Positions 54,150 through 64,000 of a stretch of 64,000 nucleotides of DNA are shown in pieces. Position numbers and translations under genes: made by a program. The first letter of the stretch is position 1. Each line of letters starts with the position of its first letter. This DNA comes from Selaginella moellendorffii (Eukaryota; Plantae; Lycopodiophyta). The DNA lies in NCBI RefSeq assembly GCF_000143415.4, contig NW_003314285.1:336152-400151 (forward strand). The letters are read 5' to 3'. The notes beneath the pieces are model-generated. The model searched no databases and was not told the DNA's origin. It saw nothing but the letters and a program-made list of their open reading frames with translations.

Positions 54150-57100
54150 ATGGCCTTCAGGGTTGGGGAAAAGGTTTACATTTTGAATCTGCACTTTCAG
54201 AATGGCCTTCAGGGTTGGGGAAAAGGTTTACATTTTGAATGGTGGGAAGAGAGTTGCAAAAGGGACCCTTATGTCTATGGATCGGAACTTTGTTATACAC
54301 TGTCAAAGGCTTGGGGAAGGCAATGCTGCTGTATCAGTAGAGACTGTCTTCGATGGGAATGTGGTCGCTATTGAACGAGGAGAGATGGTCGTCGGGGTAA
54401 ATGTTGTTGTTGCCTTGAAAAATCTGCAAAAGAAAGCAGATGTTGGGGACAGCGCAAGTGCGACGCATGTTCCCTCCGTGGATCTTAAGAACCGTGCTAC
54501 ATGGATTCAGGCAAAGGTGTTTCTAAACAACCTCGAGGGGGAGGTGGTAGCTGAGGGCTTAGCCACAGTTGTCGATCCAAGAGATGCGGTTGCTAATCAA
54601 GAATTGGGCTGGGATGATATTGGAGTTGCAATTTTAGAGGTTGTTGACACAGAAGAAAACAGTCTGACTATTGGAAGCATTGTGCGGTGGAAATTGAGGC
54701 ACTTAGTGTTTGAGAATGTGAAGGATTCACAATCAAACACCACTACAACTGATGACAGAACATCTCTTCATGGGAAAAGAAAGTACACCTTCCTAAAGCG
54801 CAGCCAAAGGGATCTGAGCAACGAACCGAAAAGGCAGAAAATGGCGATGGAGGTTCGAATGGTCTCGACAGTTGCTTGTTGCAAGAGGAGGTGCTGTCAA
54901 CATGCTGATTGGGATGCTATTGAAGAGGAGAGAGCAAGATACAAGACATTGTCCTAGAAGGCAGCTCGCAATTTTGTGTATGAGGCATTACGGTCATCTG
55001 TTGATGCTTCAGAACATCAGGTGGGGGGCATGGTTTTCCAGAGGTGTTTGGTCTGCATGAAGGCATGGAGAATCATTTATGGAGTCCCTCGAAACACATT
55101 CTACAGAATCAAAACTGAGTTCGAGGAACAAAGGGTTCAACAGGTAGTCCATGGGAACGACGGTACGCACAAAACCAAGGGTCATGTTGTATATGGAGAG
55201 GCAATCTTCAAGAGGTTTGTTGAGACATGTAGCGAGCAGCAACCACATAAAACCCGCCTCTTGGAAGATGGAACACGAGACACCCAACGAGTTCTCCCTT
55301 CCATGTATACCAAGGGGGCCATATTGGAAGATGTGAATCGGGAACTCCAGAGTAATGGCTACAGGAAGCTGAGCCAATCTAGATTTAGTAGATTGTGGAG
55401 CAACAGGTTTAGGGATGTGAGTATAGGAAAGTACTCCAGCTTTTCAAAGTGTGACGAGTGGACTGCTATCAAAATGGCTTTGTCGAAGAATTCTTGCAGC
55501 GCTCAAGAGCGAGAGACGTTGGTTAGAAGGCGGCTCGACCACAATATCGAGCAGAGAAGCTGTAGGACTGCATATTATCATAACAGGATTCTCTCCATGG
55601 AGAGACCTGACTCTTACCTCTGCATCATCCACGACAAAATGGACTAGAAAAAGACGTGCTTACCTCGACTCAATCCTGCCCTCAAGGCAATCTCTTCATC
55701 CATGCAGCTGCCTGTGTCTCTGTTTGGCATAATCGCTCATGGGCATGGTGCCCAGAACTATGGGAACTTCTTTGTACCTCTATGGGGTGGCGGGGGTGCA
55801 AACATGATGATTGCGTCCCTAGCAAAACACTTAAGGTCTCTACAAAGTGCGCAGACTGAGCTGAACGGCCAACCCTTGCATAAGGCCCTTGTCGATCGAA
55901 CCCCATACAGGGTTCAGCTGGAGGAGGAGCAAAGGCTTGCAGTATCGCGTGGGGCCCCATGCCATCCCAGTGAATATGTTGGCCGTCAGATTGTAGGGTT
56001 ATCATGTGAGGCCTCATGCCATTCCAACGAGGCTGGTCGCCCGGTGAATGCACAGCCTCATCCAAACGAAGCAGAATCTCAAGGAAGTTCTTGCGGCCGA
56101 TGTGGCCTTCCACCCCATCTTCTGCTCCAAACAGACAATGCTGGCAGTGAGAACAAAAACATGTACGTTTTCGTGTACTTGGCGATGCTTGTTGCCAAAG
56201 GCATATTTGAAACGGTTACACTTGGCTTTCTCATGGTTTGGCACACTCATGAAGACGTCGATGCCATGTTCAGTCATCTGGAAGAGTCCCTCCGGCGATC
56301 CAATGTCCTCACCCTCCCACAACTCTACGATGAATTCCAAAATTGCATCAAAGGCACTGTTGAAGCTGCACTTGTGACAGAGGTTCCAGACTTTAAGGGG
56401 TTTGTAAGAGGCTACATCAGGGACGGATCCGAAATGCTGATTGGCCACTCCAAGCCTCTTCAGTTTCATTTCAGCATGCGTGACGGTGCTCCAGTGATGA
56501 GGTACAAGATGAGAGAATGGGACACACTGTGGCTGCCAGTGGACGGCATTGAACTCTTCAAGAGAGATCCCATAACTGGGGAACCTATGATTCCTCAGGG
56601 TTCCCCACGGCCGATGCACCCGGATGGACTCAAAGACCAGGAAAGTATAGTGGCCGGGATTAGACAGCATATTGCCTTCTGGAAGAGGGGGTTGGTGTTT
56701 GGTGGAGAATCCTATTTTAAGAGGTGCAAGCCTTTGCTCAAATACTGGGAGAAGATTATATCTGCTATCCAAAATGGGCCGGTTGTATATGAAGAATTGG
56801 AAGAGTCCTTTTGGCTAGAACCCAGAGCACCAGATAGTAGCGGAATAATGTCCTCTGGAAATGCAGTGACAGATAACGATGTTGAGGATCACTATTGTGG
56901 GCTGAGGAACAAGAAGCCAGATTCAGCATTCAATCCAGTATAGGTCTGCAAAGGAATGGTCGTGCTTGTCAGACCCAGTAATAAAAAACAAATGATATGG
57001 GTGGGGCGCTGCATCACTGATGCAGAGGAGGACACGGAAACTAACTCCTTCAATGTAACTGTGGAGTGGTTCAAGCCAAGTTCCGGATATACAAAGGATT

Positions 57101-57342
57101 GCCTAGAAAAGAGATGGGTGCTGAATCCAAGGGATCCCAGCATGAGCATATCGGTGGATAATGTTGTGCATGGTTGGATGCGGAAGCAGAGTGCCACCAT
57201 CACCTTGCCAGACCATGCAAGAGATGCAGCAAGAGCATTCATAACCCGGGTTCAAGGTGAGATTTATTAATATTCCTTTACTAAGTTTCTAATGTATTTT
57301 ATTTCAAGGTGAACAATCCGAATCTGAATCAGAGGAGGCGTG
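54150..57342 (+). pseudogene. Sola-type (RNase H fold, DDD) transposase with three in-frame TAG stops
   Basis: FSKCDEW, LCIIHDKMD, LQTDNAGSENKN, FLMVWHTHEDVDAMFS; one frame 54202-57270 broken by TAG at ~54955, ~55645 and ~56941. Confidence 0.8.
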
Positions 57343-58237
57343 ATGGCATGGCGTGATGGTGTGAGGCGTGACACCAAAAAGGAGGTGTCCACTAGCGCTT
57401 AGGTTTATAATGGTGTGTGCCCTCAGGCCTTTTACTAAATCACCTTTGAAAGAAATGCAAGCCTCTATGTCGTAAAAAAAAGGTACTAGAGAAATTCCTT
57501 AATAATATGAATGTTATTTAGTTTCATGAAAATACACTAAGGGTCAAATGAGTTAAATGACTTCTCCAGACTAGCAATGCCTCTTGCTACACCTTCACAA
57601 TTAGATTCGTTAGAAAAAGATAACATTGAATAATATCTAAATGTTCTCACCATTAAGTTATATGTCTGGCTATGACGTTCATCTTGGAAAGCTCACCACA
57701 CGCTCAATGAACAAACAAATAGTGTGTGCGCGCATGCCATCGCTCTTCTTTAGCTTCAGATTCGGCTTGTTCACCTTGACAATGAGATTTATTATACAAC
57801 CAGATGGACTCAGTCTGGACACAAAGTCACCGCGCTAGTCACCATGCCCCAGATATGTCTAGCCCCTGGACAAAAAACATATAATTTCACGTCATTTTCA
57901 AATACTTGAAAATTTGTACCTAGTCCTATTTTACTGAATAAATCCCACTTTAACGAAATAGAGCTTATTTACGGAATGTAAAGATTATCCTGAATACAAT
58001 GGTGTTCATCCCATGCCCAAATTCGCAATCTAGCATAATTTCATATTTATTAAGTTTCGAGTTAGTCTTAGAGACTAACTTTTGGTACTAAGGGTGGCTA
58101 AGGGTGAAAGCCCAAAGCATGCTCCAAATGTAAAATAGGGATAGTGGGTGGGGGTGGTTCTAAATGTATAATAAGGATAGTGGGTAGGTTAAGTATAATT
58201 AACCAATTTAAAGCATAATTTAGCTCTTGCTTGCATG

Positions 58238-61200
58238 TGTGGGACATAAATCCCTAAGCCCCAAAGTGGAGCTAAAAGGGTGCCATATGGTAGTGGCCGA
58301 AGCGAAAGCCAAACGAGCGTAACATGTTTGGACTAAAAGGCTCTGACTTGAAAGGTTGAGATCGGGAGTGGAATTCCCAACAAAGTGCTCAAGAAACAAG
58401 CATGAAGTGAGTAATAAAAGAGTCTAAGATGGACCCGAGATGGAGTCCGAGATGGACCTAAGATAGAGTCTGAGATGGAGTCCAAGATGGAGTCCAAGAT
58501 GGACCCGAGATGGAATTTGAGATGGAGTCCGAGAAGGACCCGAGATGGAGTCCGAAGTCAAGACCGAGATCGAGACTGAGACTGGGACCAAGACCGAGAC
58601 TGGGACCGAGACCGGGACCGAGACTGAGGCTGAGGCCGAGGCCGAAACCGAGCCCAAGCCTGAGTCTAAGTCCAAGTCCTAGTCCGAGTCCGAGTTTGAG
58701 TTCGAGTCTGAGAGGGTGAAAGCCCAAAGCATTTGTCTCCCAGACCCTGAGGGGTTTGGTGAGCTCCAAAAGTATAGTAGGGGGAGGACTCTAGTGGAGC
58801 CAGTTTGGCCAGGAAAGGCCAGTTTGGCCCAAGAAGGCTGTGCCCAAGTGTTGGGTGACGAGATAACCACTGGGAGGTCCAAGGCTAGAGTGAATATGGA
58901 CTGTCAAGTGGGGTAGCTTGGTGAAGTGTTCAAGAGCCGGCTCTAGTTCCCTTGGGAGATCGAATGGTCGATGCTTTCAGTCCAAGTGTGGGTGGCATTA
59001 CCTACTTGGATACCTGGCATGGCTCAATAGAACCTTGCTTTAAGCCCATCGCTAGAGCACCTAAAGACGGAAGGTGGGGAGAGTACATATGAGGCTTGCG
59101 TAAGGCCACGGTGTTTTGAAATGTTGTCCCAAAATCCCAGACTATGGAAAGGAAAAGGAGTGGTCCTCTGATGTAGTGACCAATGATACGGTCATGTGGT
59201 GAGGAAGTCCCAGAGGACAGTGGGATTTAGTGGTCGGGCCTATGGGCCCTATCTGTAGCGCACCTTATCTCTCTTCTCTTAAGCCAACTGGAAAAGGGGC
59301 AATTGCTTGATGAGAGAGCCCTTAGTGGCTATTTTATCCCCATTTATCTCCCAAGGTTCCAAGGATCCACGGTGACAGTATATCCAAATCTCATCCCATG
59401 ATCACATGCGCTACACTCACCCCCCCTTTAGAGATGTCAATGTCCTCATTGACTATTGACTAACAACCCCTACTGAGCCAAGGGGAACCAGCACCTCCAT
59501 TTCCGCACTCAATCTACCAATCCTTCCATTGTATAGATCAGCTATTCCATGTGAGGCAACTAGTCATCCACTCGTACCGCAGTCCCACGGTGGATACCTT
59601 CGTCCGTGGATACTCCACACAAGAGGAAGGACGTACGCATGGATGTCTAATACGTACCGTAGCGCACTTTATCTCTCTCCCCTTAAGCTAACTGGAAAAG
59701 GGGCAATTGCTTGATGAGAGAGCCCTTAGTGGCTATTTTATCCCTATTTATCTCCCAAGGTTCCAAGGATCCATGGTGACAGTATATTCAAATCTCATCC
59801 CATGATCACATGTGCTACACTATCCTAGTGGCAATGTTGGCAAACACGGCCATGGGCAGAAAAAGGACTTGGTGGGGACTATAAAAGGGATATTGGGGAA
59901 GGATGTTCCCCATGTCTACGGGCATCTTAAAGATGCTAAAGAGTGGATCTTGGATGGTCACTCCTGGATGGATGGCCCAATCCTTGAGAGACGGGATTGT
60001 GATGCAAGTGGTGTTGGACCACTAGTGTAACCAAGGTGAAGGGGCATGGCCTTAGCGTAACGGGCTAGTATGTTGGTGGTACTTTGGGGTGTCAGTCTTG
60101 GGACCGGGCACGTGGAGCACTTGGATTAAGTGTAAGGGATGACTGGCATGGATGCCATTCTCGGGGCTAGCAAGTCCCAAGTCCTGGATTAGACTTAAGG
60201 AGGTTGTGAATGAGACTCCTTCAAGTGGTCAGAAGTGTGGTTAAGTGACTAAAGTAGAATGGAAAAATTAGTCACTTACAATTTAGTATCAATGCTGTTC
60301 CTTAGTTTGACTTTTATTGGTGCTCAAGTATATCACCACTGGTGTTAGCATCGGAAGGTCCTAGAAGTGGGCTTATTTGTGAGGAGTAGCAAGTCGGGAA
60401 GACATGGCTCTCCACTACAGTTTATGTGTGAACTAGTAGGTGAGGTGGTGGATAGAAAAGGGCCAATAATGGAACGACTTTAGGATCTTGGGAACAATAT
60501 AAGGTTTTCCTTAAAGAGTTGAGGATGTGATCCAGATGAACGTTTGACTTAGCAAACTGGCTAATGTAGTTGTGGTAAATAACTATAGTTGGGATAATGG
60601 GAAAAATAAAGACGCCAAAACCATAAAGGAGTCACAAGATTATCCTCATATAGTTAAGGTTGATGCTAATGAATTTGATACTAGAATTAATGACCATGGA
60701 AGGTCAAATACAGAAGAGGACACAAGTCCTTGAAATGGTAGCCGAGGCTACCCTTGATAAATGCTAGAACAACCCAAGGAGTTAGGGGTGTACTTAAAGG
60801 TTGAGTTGGTATTCTCATCACATGGACAAGTAATCCAAAGGGGCAAAGGTTGCCCCAGGGAATAACATCAAGTGTTGGAGTAACATTTGCAAAGATGGTT
60901 CTTGTGAGTATGACATGAATACAAGAAGTTGTATTCTAGCAAGCTAGCACCTCAAATAGAACATTATGGGTCATTAGATTTTAAAGTCCAAAAATGCTAA
61001 ATGACTCAAGTAGAATCAAGGAATGGTCTTAAGGGATTGCTAAAAGCATTTGGACTGAGGTGTGTTATGCCCCACAAAGGTTAAGGAGGATCATAGAATC
61101 CAAGTATGAGAACAGTGAGTATCTCATTGATGGCGGAATGAGCCATACTAAAGTTGTAGGGAAGGTGTTCCCAAAAGAAAACAACTTTGACACAAAGTTG

Positions 61201-64000
61201 TGAGTAAACTCTATGGTGCAATGCTAATGGATAATTAACATGAGAAAGAACTGTATTGGTCTTGGCAAGGACCTAGACACAAGTAAGAAGTGTCATAAAG
61301 GTAGGTTTATGGAGCTGATGGTGTGGAGACACCAAATGTGCCAAGGCGTGATGCCTTAAGGTGAGTTGGTGGGTTCACAAGAACCCCTTCCCAAAGGAAT
61401 CCTAATGGAAATGGGAATGGCATAGCCTATGCTGGAAGGCATGTAATTGGAGTGTGGTGACCCAGATAATGATGGAGGTGTGAAAGCACTAGTAATGAGT
61501 TGTAGGACTTGACAACTATGAGGCAACTAAACAAAAGGTGCAAAATAATTAGTTAAACTGGTAGCAGGTAGCTACCCAAGACTTCTTAATGGTATAAAGA
61601 AGTTAGATATACCCTTATAGGGGGATAAATTGCTTATATGCTAATATAATAAGTCAATGTCGTAAAAGGAAATGCTCATTAGCAAAGATGCCATCATTGG
61701 GACACCCAAACACTCTAGAACACTAGGAGGTGTTGTTTGATGTTGCGAGGGCAATAAATAAGGCCTAAAGGACTAAGTCCTTAGCGAATGATGGATAGAA
61801 AGTACTATCTAAATGTCCAAGGTTGCGAAGACAGGAGAAGCCTATCTACCCAAATTAAACAAAGCAAAAAATGGAATTTTAGCAAGGCTAGTGATGGGTA
61901 TATAAAGGCCCATATGTAGCAACATTAATCCTGGTGTGTGGGATTATAAGGTGAGCATACCCGGATTGAGGAACCACTCCCTAGGCTATTGGGTAGGTTC
62001 ATCCCCAAGAATACTTACTAAGGCATGGTAGAAAGTGCAAAGCCATTCTCCTAGTTTAGAGGCGAATAACCGAAGAAAATGTGTGAGGCCAAAAGCAAGT
62101 AGTAAAGGGATAGAACCAAACCATAGGAATCGAAAAGCATAACCAAGGGTGGTTATGTCAGTTGGGAGTGGAGAATCAAATAGGTGCTCGAGCATGTTGT
62201 TATTAGCAACTGTGGTGTCATGAAGAGTCTAAAGCATAGAATTGTCCATGCTAGACTATATGACAATTAGAAAGCTTGCAAAAGGAGAAGCTTTAGCAAG
62301 CTAAGGGACAGAGTTCTTTCAAAGTTCCTAAAGACAATTCTAGGTAGTGTACTACCTAGAAAGCCAAGTGTAAATGGTTTATAAAATATGCAAAATCAAA
62401 CTGGCACAGCAAAAACGTGGTCTTGAAGCTTGCCATAAGGCAATGCTATCAAGGTTAGGGAAGTAGTTCCCGAGTGTTCAAAAGGATGACTTTGAACGAA
62501 AGTCGATGGTCAAAGACTTTCACACTTATGCATGAAACCATGTTACATTGGTTAGATGACTTGCTAAGCGAGAGTGGCAAGTCAGGGGAACGAATCCCCT
62601 AATTGAAGGTGCTAACTTCAAAAGGGATAGCTCATGGGGCCAAGCATGGAGGAGTCCATGCATGATTATAAACTTGTCAAGTGAGAGGACTTGGCAATTT
62701 GGAAGGACTAGGTTCCTAAGCTATGATCTGTAGCGCATTTTGGATATAAATTGGTGCACTAGCGTGGGGAGTCACACCAAGCATCTAAGGCAATGCTATT
62801 CGTAAATGCATATATGGAAGTTGGGTTTGAGTCCCAACCCTCTAGCACTTGGGTTCGAGTCCTAAATCACTAGGGTGAGGTGATGGTTTGGAATATGAGG
62901 ACACTCATATTTTAGTGGCCATGGACTCTCAATGAGGAGATTGGCTTAGGAACACTGCCAAGCGGGGGATGCCCCGGAGTCATGATGCATGGTTAGATTG
63001 CTTAGAGTGAAATCTCAACATATCTAATTTGAATATTTTTGTGTAAAAGGCACCAAGGACATAGTGAATGAGATGGGGACATTTAATCTCAGTTGTTATA
63101 GATCCTTGGCCAGAAGGGCTGGCTTGGGCGCACCGCCAAGCGTGGGGGATACCCCCGGGGTCATAGTCAACAATTTAAAAGGGTTTGGAAGACTTAGTTT
63201 CTATTGGTAGACTTATTAAGGGATCAAGATGAGAGCACTAGGTGATCTTGTGGTTAAACAAGGACAAAGTCTTTGTTTGGGTTAAGGAATATGATTCTTA
63301 GTTCAAAGTGTTGAGTTGAATTATTGATAATGGTGTGGCTTGGTCAAGGTGACCAAGTGGGAAGGACACCTAAAGGGAAATTAGTTATACCGATACAATG
63401 GTATAGTAAGTCCAAGAAGTAATTTCTAGGAGAGACTCATGGGAGGGTCGTAAAGTTGGGCCATGGACGAAGCCTGTAGCAGAAAATGCTAAAGAGACCT
63501 ACTAGGGGTGAGCACCCTTTGGACTTAGCAAAGTAGAGCTTTTGCCATAAAACCAAAAGGATACCTCGAGAATGGTAACGATCTTATGTTGCTTAGTGCA
63601 ACAATCAATGGATAAAAGCAAAAGACTAGTGGCCAAATGTGGGCCAAAGAGTTGAGTGGAAGGAATCCAAATGGCAAAGTTAAGCATGGAATACTAAGGT
63701 GTTAGATGCTAACCGATTGTGAGAAAGGAAATATGCTTCTAAAGATGGATTCTCAAATGCTTCAAGTTGGCAAAGGTAAAAGCTCCAAGGGAGGGAGCAG
63801 CAAAGTAGCCAAATGATAGGGCCGTAGATAACTTTAGCACAACTTATGATAACTGGAACTTAGTGCCAAAGGTGGCACAAAATAGAAAGGAGGATGATAG
63901 TGCCTTTAAGTGGAGAACTTCCTAAGATGGGGAAGTGAAGTTGCATAATATGTGCAATGAAAGGTGTTGGAGGCACCAAGGAAATGTGACTTCGAGAAGA
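58238..64000 (+). mobile_element. Family-B LTR retroelement: 5' LTR 58238-60280 (containing a TRIM), degenerate PBS, decayed internal region running off the window
   Basis: TG...CA termini; homology to the solo LTR 17798-19443; TAGTATCAATGC (cf. TGGTATCAGAGC) just after the LTR; hexamer array ~58425-58710; no long ORF downstream. Confidence 0.85.
59254..59819 (-). mobile_element. Second TRIM copy, lacking the PBS segment
   Basis: LTRs 59254-59415 and 59658-59819; TSD CTATC at 59249-59253 and 59820-59824; internal region matches ~951-1218. Confidence 0.92.

Larger units (their letters stand above)
45594..57966 (+). mobile_element. ~12.4 kb TIR DNA transposon, Sola1-like, with cargo genes
   Basis: TIRs AAGCTTTATTTCGTTAAAGTGGGA (from 45594) and TCCCACTTTAACGAAATAGAGCTT (to 57966); TSD ATTT (or TATTTA if the ends are read as AG...CT); the empty site reconstitutes the family-A LTR. 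Confidence 0.85.
45272..58237 (+). mobile_element. Degenerate family-A LTR, surviving as 45272-45593 and 57971-58237 around the TIR element and cut again by the family-B element
   Basis: Both pieces are reverse-complement similar to ~30590-31266 and rejoin colinearly. Confidence 0.8.

Noticed and set aside
45980-57430. CRISPR-like array of palindromic repeats
   Set aside because: Copies are irregularly spaced over ~11 kb and degenerate, with no uniform spacers or cas genes, in a eukaryotic context
45595-57965. Polinton/Maverick (AG...CT ends with 6-bp TSD reading)
   Set aside because: TIRs are short and there is no DNA polymerase B, retroviral-type integrase, ATPase or capsid ORF; the transposase motifs are Sola-like
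62820-62865. tRNA T-loop/B-box-like GGGTTCGAGTCC motifs (also reverse-strand GGTTCGAT at ~1295-1303)
   Set aside because: No cloverleaf or A-box evident; too short to call a tRNA or SINE

Overview
Eukaryotic, intron-containing land-plant DNA. The very short (~45-75 nt) GT-AG introns and PLS-type PPR remnants suggest a lycophyte such as Selaginella (inference). Host genes: an intact class III peroxidase (7225-8311, -), its frameshifted inverted duplicate (32657-33730, +), an ATM1/ABCB7-like ABC transporter pseudogene, a Zn-dependent alcohol dehydrogenase (39244-41001, -) and a C2H2/PARP-like protein (41197-42521, -). The rest is a nest of transposons: a ~6.9 kb inverted segmental duplication (~2890-9777 vs ~31191-38092), two TRIM copies, two LTR families, a 5S-rRNA-bearing Cassandra-type solo LTR, a MULE/SWIM transposase locus and a ~12.4 kb TIR element with a Sola1-like DDD transposase. 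The main observation is that both DNA-transposon loci have, divergent from the transposase, a spliced gene fusing a ParB/Srx-like domain to a beta-class amino-DNA-methyltransferase-like domain. The Sola-like element also carries an FCP1/NIF phosphatase domain and roughly 17-20 dispersed copies of a 22-bp palindrome, several inside its micro-introns. All motif calls were made by eye; coordinates of degenerate features are approximate.
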